34,670 nt of DNA from Octopus bimaculoides (taxonomy: Eukaryota): assembly GCF_001194135.2 (NCBI RefSeq), contig NC_069002.1:17773692-17808361 (forward strand), read 5' to 3'. Below are positions 1 through 13,675 of this stretch, in pieces. Position numbers and translations under genes: made by a program. Under the pieces are notes generated by a model. It made no database searches. It was given only the letters and a program-made list of their open reading frames with translations, and was not told the DNA's origin. Position 1 is the first letter of the stretch. Each line of letters opens with the position of its first letter.

Positions 1-3000
1 GTTTCTTGGGTTTTCCCCATAAGTTCTTTTTGTAGATAACAATTTATCAAAAACTGATTTTATCTTCCAGGCCACTTGCCTGAACAGGTGTTTGAGTTAG
101 ATGTTACCCTGTAAACCCTTAAGAACTGAGTTAGCACTGCATCATTACCTAATTCATTTCCTGATTTTTTTTTAGTGCTCACTTAAATGCGTCCACAAAT
201 CTTTCTGCTTGCTCATTTGATCTTGGGTGGTATGGCAGACTAGATATGTGATTGATTGTATACCTCTCACAGATATTTTAAATTCGTACTCTGAAAACTG
301 CACTCTGTTATCCGATACTATGGTGTCTGGGATATCGTACCGTGTAAAAAGTTCGTGAAGGAATTTCGCGGGTGGTGACTTTGCTGCAAGAGCACAACCT
401 CTGCAGGATTTGACCAATTGTTTAATATCACAGTCCATAGTAGGCCAATACATGTAACTCCTCATTACTGATTTCATTCTTGAAATCCCTGGGTGTCCTA
501 TATGAAATTCACTTAATATATGCTTTTGTAGTGCAGTTGGTACTACAACTCTTTGTGCGTACATCAACACACTATCACACAGAGAAAAATGGTTCACATA
601 TTTTTATTTTCTTTTACCTTCAACGTTTCATCTTTGCAATGAATTTGTCATTCTCCGATTTTAATTTTATATCTTAAACAGTTACTGGCATCTCCTGAAT
701 GACATTATACAAAATGTTTTTAATTTCATTTTCCACTCGCAATGCAACAATCATGGTCTTTGAATAGTTCTGTATCTTTTGGAATTAGCCTTGATAAACA
801 ATCCATATGGCCTAACTTCTTGCATGACATATGCTCCATCTTAAAATTGTAATTCAACAATATTGTACCCCAGCATTGTAACCTATTTGCAGTGTGGATA
901 GGAATTCCTTTCTTTGACACCAAAATTGATAATAATGGCCGGTGATCAGCTTGTAACTGAAAACTTCTATCATGCAAAAATCTGTGAAATTTCTTCATGG
1001 CAAAAATGATCACTAGAGTTTCTTTCTCTATTTGACTATAGTTTTTCTGTTATCAGAGAACATATGGCATGAACCACCGTCTTCATATTACTGTCTTTAT
1101 ATTTGTGTAGCATTACTGCTCTTTTGCCATATTCAAAAGTGTCAGAAGCTACAACAATCACCACTACAGGATCAAAATGAGTCACCGACAAATCCGATAT
1201 ATTTTTTAATATCGTCAAATGCCTTTTGACAATTATTTGACCAATTTCACTTTACATCCATTTTTAACTTGGTATATAATTTTGACAATAATTCACTAGA
1301 CCTAGAAAAGCTTGTAAGGTTATGTTAGTTGGAAGAGGCATATTTTTAATTGTGTCTGCCCTCAACAGGTCCAGTCATCATCCATTCCTGATGATAATTT
1401 GTCTTAAATATTTAATTTTAGGTAAGAAAAATTCACATTTTCCTCACTCATTGTGAAACTGTAATCTCTTATTTTACCAAAAATGCATTTTACATGCTCA
1501 ACATGCTGATCACAAGATTCACTTTTAATTAATATATCATCCAGGTATGGAATTGTGAATTCACAGTCCACTAACATTGCATCCATAACTTGTTGAAAAA
1601 GTGTAGGTACGACCTTTAGACCAATGGTAATCTGTTATATTTATATAGTCCTTTAAGTGTATTCACTGTTAAGTATTTTGAGCATTCCTTGTCTACTCTA
1701 ATTTGTAGATATACACTGGAGAGATCCAGTTTCGAAAATATCTTGCTCTCGTGTAACTTCACAAAAATATCCTCCGAAGTAGGTAGCGGATAATGACACA
1801 TTTTCAGACATTTGTTCAAGCCAGTGGAAAAATCAGCACACACCCTGATTTTGTTATTCTTTTTTTAATATACACTGTTGGAGCTGCCCATTTTGCATAT
1901 TCCACTTTGGGGATGACTGTAATTCTTCATTGACATGTTTTATCACAGCAAAAGGTGTCATTCTTTTTGGTTTGAACACTGGCATTGCATTTTCCTTAAT
2001 TTCAAAACATGCCTCAGTCTTGGTACACAAACCTTCTTCAATTCATCTGGCGCTTTATTCTTACTGGAGGAGCAATCATTTAAATTTTTACAAAACAGAT
2101 TTATGGTGAGGTCCCATAAATCAAACAACTCGATCCAGTCAAAACTGAACAAGTTTGTAGCATTTTTTAACACAAACACTTTTTGCTTTACAGGTTTTAC
2201 CATGACATATAATGTCGCTTACCATTTCGCCTAAGAAGTGTAATCTTTCACCTGTGATGTCTCTTGCACTTTTCGATATTTTCTTTAATGTAGGTTTCCC
2301 AATTTTCTTCCACATATTGAAATGTCTCTACTTGTATCTAGTTGTAGTTTCACATTTCCATCATTTATTTTTACATACACATACTTACTTTTTTGGTGTT
2401 GTCACGACTTTCCATTGAGCAAACTATTTTAGAAGAATTTTTTTTCCGACCTTTTGTGCTTCGCTAGGCAGTGCAAACTTTTATGTCTTATTTTTTGAAA
2501 ACTAAAACATTTCCAAGTTTTAAATGGACAGTCTTCCTTAAAATGCAGACTTCCACACCCATGGATTTGGTCATAATATTCTTTTTTCTTTATTTATTCC
2601 CGGTCAACAAGACTGTACTTGAGAGAAATTTTTTCTTCAATTTTCTTTACATCCTGTTGCATATTGATAATTCTTTGACATTCCTCTGCTACTGCCTGCA
2701 GGATTAAATTCTGGTCCTTCTATTCTAGTTTTGTAAGAATCTGTGCATGTATTTCTGCATCTTTGTTTGCCGTCAAACCTTGCACAAAGATGAGACATTT
2801 AAACATGTCTGGAGATAATTTCTTCAGTTTAAATTTTCGCACATTCTATTTATGATTCTGGTATAATTGACAAAATCTTCATCCTCTTTTTTTTCAATCA
2901 CTCCCAGAGCGTTAAACAGGGAACTCTTATCGTTGAACATTTTGGATAGCAATTCAATTGTTTCTTCGAAACAAATTTCTCTTGTTTTTTTTAGGTAAGA

Positions 3001-3330
3001 TAAAATTACAGTATTTTTCATATTCTGAAGGACCTAATTTCCATAACAGTAGTCTCACTTTTTCATCTATCTAACACTTGCAATTTCCCTTGAAGATTGC
3101 TTCTTATCTTCTGAAGTACACCAAAAGAGTTAAACCCTCTTCTAGATTATAACTAAATTCAGTTAAAGCATTCACTATGCCATCTGGTGAAAATGAACTT
3201 GTGGTGTTTCTCGACTTCAACATCAGCTCCAGCAACTGATTGTGTTGTAATTGTTGCAGTTGTAGTTGTTGGTGCAACTCTTGTTGCTTTTGCAACTGTT
3301 ATATGTCAAGTAATAGGTCTTCCATAATTA
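1..3330 (-). mobile_element. Degenerate Ty3/Gypsy LTR retrotransposon internal region (gag - zinc knuckles - protease - RT - RNase H - integrase), continuing past the window start
   Basis: Minus-strand fragments in Gypsy order. Gag 3330-2800 (QQQELHQQ..., FSYNLEEGLT). Knuckle remnants ~2570-2470 (CGSLHFKEDC). Protease ~2400-2170 (KLQLDTS.D). RT 1843-1400 (FSKLDLSSVYLQI, YNRLPL, IPYLDDILI). RNase H 1218-726 (VVASDTFEYG, F.LQADHRPLL). Integrase 597-172 (HIGHPGISRMK...YWPTMD..I...VKSCRGC, PDTIVSDNRVQF). Many stops and frameshifts. Confidence 0.93.
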
Positions 3331-3374
3331 ACAAATTTTTTGTATCATAAAAAATTTTATCAACTTGTCACAAC

Positions 3375-3694
3375 TTTCATAACATGATTTCTGCATATGT
3401 CACCTTAGTGTCATGCACTTATAACAGTGTGACATACAATACCACAGAACAGAGTAGACACCAACTGTTTCTACTTGATGCATTCCCAAATAGCTTGCCA
3501 ACAACTGTAACCAATCTAAAACAACTCTCAACGAACTATAACAACTTTTCAACTATAACAACTTTTCCTGCTACCACATGAACTCATGAACGACACCTTT
3601 CGATTTCCTGCAATTTCTCATCTCTCGCTCTCAGTCAAACACGCTGCTACTTATACGAGTTCTCACAGGAGGTGTCATGATTCTCACCATAACG
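3375..3694 (-). mobile_element. 5' LTR of the Gypsy element, with a decayed PBS at ~3364-3373
   Basis: The minus strand starts (T/C)GTTATGGTGAGAATCATGACACC, close to the start of the LTR at 15491-15768 (TGTTGTGGTGAGAGTCATGACACC). It lies directly upstream of gag. cttgtcacaa (+) resembles a CpG-decayed ctcgtcgcca, the reverse complement of a TGGCGACGAG primer-binding site. Confidence 0.65.
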
Positions 3695-3695
3695 A

Positions 3696-3800
3696 CAACA
3701 ACAACAATAATAATAATAATAATAATGGTGGTGGTGGTGGTGGTGGTGGTGGTGGTGGTAGTAATAACAATAACTACAAGAATAAAAATAATACTAATAA
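3696..3800. repeat. Compound (AAC/AAT)n(GGT)n microsatellite
   Basis: Visible directly in the sequence. Confidence 0.95.
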
Positions 3801-4599
3801 TGAGAATATTATTAACAAATACTATAATATTATTCTGCTTGTTCCTGCACTCCTGCCTGTTTCATCTGTGTTTCACTTACGTGAAAGGAGGTTATAACTC
3901 AAATGTAGAAATATAGGTAGAGAGAGAAGAAGGGAAGAAAGAGAGACAAAGAAAGAAACAAAACAGGAATAGTTGAATCAGTGAAAAATTAGAAAAGGAA
4001 AATGTGAAAGAGAGAGAAAGTCTATATTATTAGAGAGAGGGGGGGAAGAGAGAAGGTCTGCATTTGTGTGTTAAAAGGCACAATTGAAATGACACAATGT
4101 CATGAAGATCTACAAATTTAGGCTTTAAAAGATATATCGATAGTTAAATTAAAGTGAAATAACCTTGGTTAACAAACAGCTGTGGATGTAACGCTTTTAT
4201 CTTTCATGTGTTCTAGACCAATACCTGTGGCCATACTGGAGCACTGTTGTAATTCATTTATTTTCTTTATTTTGTTATTTGTTTTAAATGCTTATTGATA
4301 TTATGAGAGTAGACAAATACAGAAGAGTAGGTAGGTAGGTAAGTAAATAGGAATGTAGGTAGATAAGGAAAAAGGTACGTAGGTACATATGTACTTACAT
4401 ACACAGGTAGGTACATAGGTAGCTAGGTAGGTAGAGAGATATGCAAATAGGTAGTTTGCTGAACTGAAATGAAACGAAAAATAATGAAAATAATCTCAAT
4501 TGGTAAATAACTTGGACTGGGTCTTGGTGGTAGTTGGACCATGAAAAGTATACACTGAATGGAATACTTTTTCTGCTGATCTTATCCTAATGGAATAGT

Positions 4600-4850
4600 A
4601 TATATACACACACACATATATATACATACATATATATATACATATACTTATCATTGAAACAACTGACCAGCTGTAAACACAATTTTCTTCTTTCTTCTTT
4701 CACCTTTCCTTCTCTTTCCCATTGACACTCCTTTCAGATACACAGGCACACACATACACACACACACGCACACACGCACATGCACACGCACACACACACA
4801 CCAACACAAAAACACTCACATACACAAACACACACTCTCTCTCTCTCACT
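4600..4850. repeat. (TA/CA)n and (CT)n microsatellites
   Basis: Visible directly in the sequence. Confidence 0.9.
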
Positions 4851-5294
4851 TTCCTTCCATTCCTCACCCTCTTTTACTATCCCATATATCTCTCTCCACC
4901 CCTATGCATTCAATAATACTATAAAAAGAGACAGATCCTCTGAAGTGAATCATATTTGAAGAACCTACAAGAATAGGTGCAAGCACTAATATTTATAAAA
5001 CATTTGACATATTAATAAAAATCTGTAAATGTACAACCATCCAGATATCTGAGAACCTTATTATTTTTGTCCAATATATAATTCCTGTACATCACCTCCA
5101 AACNNNNNNNNNNNNNNNNNNNNNNNNNNNNNNNNNNNNNNNNNNNNNNNNNNNNNNNNNNNNNNNNNNNNNNNNNNNNNNNNNNNNNNNNNNNNNNNNN
5201 NNNNNNNNNNNNNNNNNNNNNNNNNNNNNNNNNNNNNNNNNNNNNNNNATATATATATATGTATGTATATACACATATACATATATACACATAT

Positions 5295-6155
5295 GTGTTA
5301 TCAGCATGCAAAACTAAATGCAATACCCATTAAATACACTGGAGCTAGAGGGATTGCAATCCCAGAGGCAGAGACAGTGTGAGACCTGGGCATTTACATG
5401 AGTAATGATGCATCCTTTCATGTGCATGTTGCTAAATTGGCAATGAAATGCAGGCGGCTGACCAGATGGATTCTTAGAACTTTTAGAACAAGAGATCAAG
5501 AAACCATGATGGTCCCCTGGAGGACACTTGTCCTAAGCCACTTTGACTATTGCTCTCAGCGATGGTCACCAACCAGTGTCAAATTAATCTCAGAACTTGA
5601 GGCAATGCAACGAAGCTACATGAAGAAGATAGCCTCTATGCAGCATACAAGCTATTGGGAAAGACTCAAGAGATTAACACACTATTCCTTAGAGCGTAGG
5701 CGAGAAAGATATGCCATTATATACATCTGGAAGATCCTGGAAGGACTTGTCCCAAACTTTGGTATCGAGAGTTACACAAATACTAGAACTGGGTGCCACT
5801 CCCTAGTGCCAAGGACTCCAAATTTGCCATTCAGATGTAGGGCAAGATACTGCAATAGCCTGGGCTTGAGAGGTCCACAGCTCCTCAATATCCTGAGAGA
5901 TCTGCATGGGGGTGGATATAGGTGTCTTCAAAATAAAGCTGGACCTCTTCCTGTCAAGTGTCCCAGATAAACCAACTTCGCGGTAGGAGGTGCAGATGAG
6001 GGCAGCTGCATCAAACTCTCTCATGCACCAAATGTCAATTTCTGAAAAGCATTTGTGAAGTAAAATCATGTAGCAACAGTAAATGGCAGTGCCCCAGCAT
6101 GGCCGCAGCTCGTGAGCTGAAACTAGATAAGAATGAAATAAAATAAATAAAAAAT
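5295..6155 (+). mobile_element. 5'-truncated CR1/L2-group LINE: C-terminus of ORF2 plus 3' tail
   Basis: ORF 5398-5970: (RDLGIY)MSND..., RWILRTFRTRD, LVLSHFDYCSQRWSP, SYWERLKRL..YSLERRRERY.IIYIWKILEGLVPN, which are post-RT motifs typical of CR1/L2-like LINEs. Ends in an A-rich aaataaaataaataaaaaa tail. Confidence 0.85.
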
Positions 6156-6255
6156 ACATATGTATATATATACACACATATATACATCCATATATATATA
6201 TATACACACATATATACATCCATATATATATATATATATATAGACATATAAATAA

Positions 6256-6338
<83 letters not shown>

Positions 6339-6346
6339 CATATATA

Positions 6347-7340
6347 NNNNNNNNNNNNNNNNNNNNNNNNNNNNNNNNNNNNNNNNNNNNNNNNNNNNNN
6401 NNNNNNNNNNNNNNNNNNNNNNNNNNNNNNNNNNNNNNNNNNNNNNNNNNNNNNNNNNNNNNNNNNNNNNNNNNNNNNNNNNNNNNNNNNNNNNNNNNNN
6501 NNNNNNNNNNNNNNNNNNNNNNNNNNNNNNNNNNNNNNNNNNNNNNNNNNNNNNNNNNNNNNNNNNNNNNNNNNNNNNNNNNNNNNNNNNNNNNNNNNNN
6601 NNNNNNNNNNNNNNNNNNNNNNNNNNNNNNNNNNNNNNNNNNNNNNNNNNNNNNNNNNNNNNNNNNNNNNNNNNNNNNNNNNNNNNNNNNNNNNNNNNNN
6701 NNNNNNNNNNNNNNNNNNNNNNNNNNNNNNNNNNNNNNNNNNNNNNNNNNNNNNNNNNNNNNNNNNNNNNNNNNNNNNNNNNNNNNNNNNNNNNNNNNNN
6801 NNNNNNNNNNNNNNNNNNNNNNNNNNNNNNNNNNNNNNNNNNNNNNNNNNNNNNNNNNNNNNNNNNNNNNNNNNNNNNNNNNNNNNNNNNNNNNNNNNNN
6901 NNNNNNNNNNNNNNNNNNNNNNNNNNNNNNNNNNNNNNNNNNNNNNNNNNNNNNNNNNNNNNNNNNNNNNNNNNNNNNNNNNNNNNNNNNNNNNNNNNNN
7001 NNNNNNNNNNNNNNNNNNNNNNNNNNNNNNNNNNNNNNNNNNNNNNNNNNNNNNNNNNNNNNNNNNNNNNNNNNNNNNNNNNNNNNNNNNNNNNNNNNNN
7101 NNNNNNNNNNNNNNNNNNNNNNNNNNNNNNNNNNNNNNNNNNNNNNNNNNNNNNNNNNNNNNNNNNNNNNNNNNNNNNNNNNNNNNNNNNNNNNNNNNNN
7201 NNNNNNNNNNNNNNNNNNNNNNNNNNNNNNNNNNNNNNNNNNNNNNNNNNNNNNNNNNNNNNNNNNNNNNNNNNNNNNNNNNNNNNNNNNNNNNNNNNNN
7301 NNNNNNNNNNNNNNNNNNNNNNNNNNNNNNNNNNNNNNNN
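6347..7340. other. Assembly gap (further gaps at 5104-5248, 7951-8153, 25437-25446, 28621-28737, 31789-31798 and 33172-34100)
   Basis: Runs of N, mostly flanked by (TA)n microsatellites. Confidence 1.
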
Positions 7341-8479
7341 NAAAATATTTGAAATTACAGTAGCGACATGTTATTGTTTCACTTTTGACAGGTAATACTG
7401 AAATAGTGGAATAGTTTCAGTGTTAGAGTGAAAGTATCTGACATTACAGTAGAGTGATGTTATTGTCTCATTTTTGACACATAATACTGAAATAGTGGAG
7501 GAGATAAGATAGTGTGAATATAAGGACTTACTTTTCGTAATGAGATAAAAGACCAAGGCTGTGTATAATATAGAATATTTATAAATAGAATGTCTTACAG
7601 CTGTTTCCAGGATATTTATTATATCCCTTCATCGGAGATGGTGTGAGGGGATGATTAAGCAATAGTTAGTTTAGTTAAGATAGGAAATAGAGAGTGAACA
7701 TAGAGATATCGTATTTGTAAATCCAGTGTTTAGGCAGAATGGTATACATATACTCTAAACAGAACTCTTGATTCAATAACACTGTATATAAACTCTGTAT
7801 TTGGAATGACCAATTTCAAGGAGTGTTGAACTTTACTCATAGGGTATTGGAATTTTAATAATGGATTTACAAAGGCAACGACCAATCTTTAAATCAATTG
7901 GATCTTACTCACAAGGTATTGGACTCTTATATGTATATATATATATATATNNNNNNNNNNNNNNNNNNNNNNNNNNNNNNNNNNNNNNNNNNNNNNNNNN
8001 NNNNNNNNNNNNNNNNNNNNNNNNNNNNNNNNNNNNNNNNNNNNNNNNNNNNNNNNNNNNNNNNNNNNNNNNNNNNNNNNNNNNNNNNNNNNNNNNNNNN
8101 NNNNNNNNNNNNNNNNNNNNNNNNNNNNNNNNNNNNNNNNNNNNNNNNNNNNNTGGGAAGCAAACTTCTTACCACACAACCACGCCTAATACAACTTAAA
8201 TTTCCTTATGCTATAAAGCACATCATATTTGTCAAACATTAAAAGAAAGTAAATAAGCTATTCCTTCTAAGTTCATTTTGATTATACTTGAAAGTACAGT
8301 TTTGATCAAATGGCAGGATTTCAAAGGAATTTTTGAAATCCCTTGCTTGTGTTTAATACATTTTCAAATAAACTGTGGAGTTTTCAAGGGTCCTGCTAGT
8401 GTTAATAATAATAATAATGATGATGATGATGATGATGATAATAATAATAATAATAATAATGATAATAATAATAAATAAC

Positions 8480-8945
8480 CTGAAGCAATAAGACAGAATG
8501 CCTTGATGCAATACCAGGCAGTAGTTCTCATGACTTCTGATCTTAACTAATTGGAAGTGTTGTCATGTGCATGTTTTATCTTTGTGTAAAAGATAGGCTA
8601 CAACAAATATTCTGCTCAATATCATAGATTTTCTTATCAGTTACTTGACAGTAATCAGCTATGTCCCTTAGTGGCAGACAATATATGCATCGCTGATCAT
8701 GAGCAGGAGTAGTAGAGAAGCATCATAACCATGTGTTGAAAGGAATTCTTTGGGATTCAAATAATTTTCTCCTGGAAACATGGGTGTTTCATTCATCATC
8801 CTAATAACCCTTATTCAGGGACCTTTTCAATAGGATAGGATACTTGGCCTGAAGAGAATTCTGACTGGGCCACGCCTACAAGGCCACGTACTGTTTATCG
8901 TGATATGAGGTCATCATGCCACACACGTATGGTTGTGATGCAGGT
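8480..8945 (-). repeat. Probable interspersed repeat (SINE/LINE-tail-like), family not assigned
   Basis: A non-coding block of higher complexity between (AAT/GAT)n tracts. It resembles repeats I recall from octopus assemblies, from memory only. Confidence 0.4.
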
Positions 8946-9039
8946 AGCTGGTGTACTTTTATAGGACAGGTAGTCATGATGGGTATATTGGGCTTCATAT
9001 ATTTTTACCCCAGTGTCACTTTGATGGCATGCATTACTC

Positions 9040-9083
<44 letters not shown>

Positions 9084-9129
9084 TATTAACCACTAAGGAT
9101 TCACAAAAAAACATTGGAGACAGTACAGG

Positions 9130-11210
9130 ACAATACAATGGAGTTACAGAAAAGGCAGGTAAAAAGTAAAAAATTACAAAAATATAAATTTTAACAAAGA
9201 ACAATTCTCCCAAAAAGGGAGACTACTTAGGACTGTTCATAGAAACCCTACAAAACCACAGAAGTCCTGACCACTAGAGCAAGTGCCCTCTCCACATTGT
9301 CTACAAGTGCATGCTTAGAGTAGGCCTGTTCACTCATACCATTCATGCCACATTCACCTACATTTCAACAAAATTACTGGTGGGCAGCACTTCTCTCTCT
9401 ACCCTCACTTTCCTTTTTAAGTGAAATGTGAAACAGTTGATGTGGGCTTGGTCAAAGAAGAAAATATCTGTCTTAAGCCCTTTCAATCTGGTCCACTGTA
9501 CAACTACTTTTGCTAAGGCCACCAGACAAATATATACTGCCTGCCTTTCTGGGTCAAAGGAAGGAGGCGGGACAACCTTCACAGTGGATTCAGCCAAAAG
9601 CTGGATCCACCATACACATGACAGCAGGTGTTCGACATAAACCCACAAGTCAACAATATTTGGATATTGCCTGAAAGTGTGCAGAACAGTTTCGTCAGTC
9701 TGTGTATATCCTAAACGAACCTGGCTGATGGCTCTTCCATGCTTATAAAGTTTATCTCAAACCAGCAATGTTCTCAGGTAGCACTGCCAGGCCAGGGATT
9801 TCTAAAATTTATTCTTGGGCCCTGGCCCAAAAGTTCTGGAACAGACCAACCAGCTGATTCTCATTGACTCCCAGAGTCTCTCTAAGAATGTTGTCACAAT
9901 TGACCACCACTAAACCTCTATAGAACACCAAAGTGAAACTTCCATGCAGTGCCTGACTGACAAAGGACTGTGAGCGCCTAACACCCTAGATGTCAGAGTC
10001 TACACTGTAGCTCAGTTAAAGTGACAAGTTGTTGAAGGGTGAGTTTGAAAAATGATGACCACACCTGCCTACCATCAAGGAACACTGGATATGTTAGCCT
10101 CAGAACATGTCTGCACATCAGTAGCCATGGTATGCCCAGTCCTCCATTCAACGGGTGTTGAAAATGTCTGGGCAGGTTTGCAGCTTTGCACCTCACTCTT
10201 CTAACAGCTAGCACCATACAATCTAATCATGCTTCCAAGATGGTGTCGTAATCACCCATTAGCACAAAAGGTTAAGATATTCCCAGAAAAACCTCCAGAT
10301 ATCTGAAGAGATCCAGTTGACCTGTCCCTGTTGGAACATAGACAGCAACCAGTCTGAAGGCACCTCCATTGTTACTGTTCACATCCAAGACTACCAACTT
10401 ACCTTCTTGGTCCAAGAAGATGGCCTTTATCTTGAGATCCAGCCATCTCCAGAACAACACTGCAGTTCCACCACACATTCCTGGTTGACATGGAGATAAG
10501 TAAATCTTATATCCATCAAAAATGGACATGAAAATCCGGCTTCACTGATAGCCACAACATCTATTCTTAGTGACCTGAAGTCTTTGAGCAGGTGGTCTTG
10601 TTTCCAAGCCGCCCCAAGGCCACATGCATTTATACTGCCTATTCCGAGCAAGGCCATATTAAACAATAAGAAATAAGGAACAGAAGAGAGAACTATTTAC
10701 AGGGATTTTGTGAGGGAGGTCGGATAGATGTTCCATCCTTCTGGTTATAAAGTCTTTTATTAATGTTTTTACTAAAATTCCCAACCTGGTCAGAGTATTT
10801 GTTTTTAATGGTGTTATGCGTGTTTTGTGTTATTTATATGATTCTTATGTGTTTTGGCATATCAGTTGTTGGTGTGATGAAGTCATTCTCTCTGATGCCT
10901 GTGTGGTTGTGTATGTGTTCCATTATTGCTTTGTCGTTTGTGTGTATTGCAGTAAAATTTGTGATGTTTTCTTGTTATTGTTGTTTTTGATTTGTAGGCA
11001 TGGTAGTATTTGCTGATGTTTGTACTGTTGGCTGTGTCTGTAGTAATGGTAGTCGTGTTGGTGATGATGGTGTTGGTAATGTTGGTGTTGTTGTTGCTAT
11101 GTTGTTGTTGGGAGGTTTATATCTGTTTGGGTCTGCCAGTTATTTTTTGTTGGTATGTTTTGCTTTTTTTCTTTTTTGTTCAGTATCTGTTGCCATTATA
11201 GACTTATAAC
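9130..11210 (-). mobile_element. Internally deleted L1/Tx1-type LINE remnant
   Basis: APE N-terminus at 10666-10230 (IGSINACGL, DVVAISE, GGTAVL, GKLVVLDV, FRLVAVYVP, LMGDYDTIL) joined to the post-RT C-terminus at 10205-9358 (HPLNGGLGIP; LVALAKVVVQWTRLKG...FHLKRKVRVEREVL), which is homologous to the end of the element at 16185-20525. An ORF1-like low-complexity region lies at ~11210-10700. Confidence 0.85.
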
Positions 11211-13129
11211 AGGCAATTGGTTTCATACCAGTGTTTGAAAACCAACTCCAGCAATCATCATGTACATCAGGAAAATACTACTATTCAACAACTAAGTCAA
11301 TGTTGCGATGGGAACATTTGACAGTGCTGACGACTGTGACCATATAGGCCTTTATATGCTGAATATACTTAGTAAGAAACCTTTGACAGAATTGACCCGG
11401 CAGAACTCAAAAAAAGATGATATGCTGATTGATTTTGCAATCTTGCTGATAATTACCGTCGTAGCATTCTGAAGTAGGCGGTTACTAATAATCCTATTCA
11501 TTCAAAGAGAAATACAACAAGAAAGAAAATAAAATGGATGAAGGAGGACTAGGAAGAATTTGACAAGATAATTACCTCCATTTCAGCCTGACAATTTGGT
11601 TTGTCAAAAGAAGTTTATATCCTCCTGGCCACCTTTGATAAATAAGGTGGCAAGATGACCAGCTTCAACAATCGAGTATTCTGAAGCCATTGCAAATATT
11701 ACTTATTGTTCAATGAGCAGACTTATTGTCTGAACATCAAAGAACAACTTTTTTTTATTGAATCTGATAACCTAGATAAATTCATCCAATAAAACAATTA
11801 GTCACATCCATTTACAAATGCACATATATATATTGTGATAATTATTTTTATGTATACATAGACCCCTCTACTAGTTTACTAACACTCTCACACATAATTA
11901 TACAAACATATTCACATACATTCTTTTGAAACAAACTCAAATATATGTATAGATTTACATATGCATGAATACTCACATACTTATGTACCTACCTGTTCAT
12001 TTGCATACATACAAATTTCAGCATTCTCATATGCATGTCCTTCAATTCCTCTACATATCTACATTTACAGATTCACATACACTTACTCACCCAACAATAG
12101 ATAGATAGGTATGTATGAATGCATGTATGTATATATGTATGTATGTATGCATGCATGCATGCATGCATCTATGTGTATATTGATGTACAACTACACATAC
12201 ACAAACATATATATTTATAGATATACATATACACCTACATATAAACATCATTAGGCTGCTTTTTTCTCCATTGTTGGACACGCAATTATATGTTTCCATT
12301 CATGCATCCATACACATGTACAGTACTTAGAACACAACTAACTGTAAAGCATACATATAGTAATATTGTTAACATGACAGAATATTCTTGCTTAAAAGTC
12401 CTTAAATTATATTTGCACAGTCACAAGGAAATACCGGAAGTCAAAGTCATTCATTAAATGTTCTTGTTACACCAAATGCCCATGCTATACAAGATGTTTC
12501 ATATTTTTTAGTTTTATATATTTGAAGATGGAGCACAAATTATATAATCCACATAATCATCAGCAAATACAGAAAGTTAAGTTCCGTGCATGATAGGAAT
12601 ACTATGATCCATACTAAGCAGGATATTTCATAGGTGTCAACTTATATATGTGATGATTATACTCAGAAGAACACTTTACACATTGCCTCGATTGCACCAA
12701 TATTTCTGATTGTCAAGAAAAATGGGAGACAGGCATCAGATCAAGTTTATATTCAGACCATTAGGTACCTAATTACATATTGGTGGAACAATACATTTGG
12801 AAAGTTTTTCTAAAGTGATAGTAACATCTTATAATGAATTCAGAATTATTATTAATTATATTTTCCTTCTATAACAATATACAGAGAGACTCTTCAGCAC
12901 ACAAATCACACTTCGTACCACCTAACCATATTGAAATATGGTCTGTAGTACTGACAAAGAGAATGAATACTTATCATTCATTTCAGTTAACTGTCAGATT
13001 AGTCTTGCCAAAGTAAGCCAGAGTTGCACCTATACATTATTATGCACCTGGACTGGACATTTATATACAGTTTCTTTGAAAGCAACTATTATTCAAAGGA
13101 CATGTATCCTTATTTTTGAAGTTGCATAC

Positions 13130-13670
13130 TACATCATCATCATCATCATCATCATTTTTTTGTCATGTGTTTTTGCTGCCCTACCAAGCGCAACTCTGTG
13201 TAGCTTAGTTATGTTGTATGATTTGTTGTGGTGCTCTTATCTTCAGTGTATTGAAAGTGTTTTACATAGGATGTGTGTAGTGCCTAGTAGTGCTATTTTC
13301 TGTATGTTATATATACTTGTAAGTTCTGGTGTTTTAGTTATGTATTTGCCTGAATGTTTTTTTTTATCATACCTAATGCACCTACTATAATAGGAATTCT
13401 TTCTGTTTTTAGGCTCCACATTCAAGTTACCTCTATTTCCAGATCTTTGTATTTGGAAAGTTTCTCCATTTCTTTTAGAGATATGTTGTCATCTGTTGGT
13501 ATTGATACATTGATTAGAAAGCATTTTGTTTCTTGGAGATCTTTGACAACTATATGTGGCCTATTGGCCTTAATTTCTCTATCTGTGTGTATTGGTATAT
13601 CCCAGAGTATAATTGCTTTCTCAATTTCTGACCTTTTCTGGAGTGTACCTATACCACCTTTTTTCTATTG

Positions 13671-13675
<5 letters not shown>
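13130..13675 (-). mobile_element. 3' fragment of a non-LTR retrotransposon with a restriction-like endonuclease (Dong/R4-type)
   Basis: The minus strand reads AIILWDIPIHTDREIKANRPHIVVKD..TKCFLINVSIPTDDNISLKEMEKLSKYRDLEIEVTWMWSLKTERIPIIVGALG...IQKIALLGTTHIL. This is the RP(D)...D/E...K..KY RLE signature of R4/Dong elements. Flanked by (TAA)n at the 5' side and (GAT)n at the 3' side. Confidence 0.85.

Noticed and set aside
7354-7499. Two imperfect ~57-bp direct repeats about 89 bp apart
   Set aside because: Only two diverged copies next to a gap. It is not an array or CRISPR-like structure, and is most likely an ordinary local duplication.
12880-12960. Minus-strand HISIWLGGTKCDL, resembling the Ras-family NKxD motif
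   Set aside because: No G1 or G3 boxes in compatible frames and there are nearby stops, so it is probably chance.
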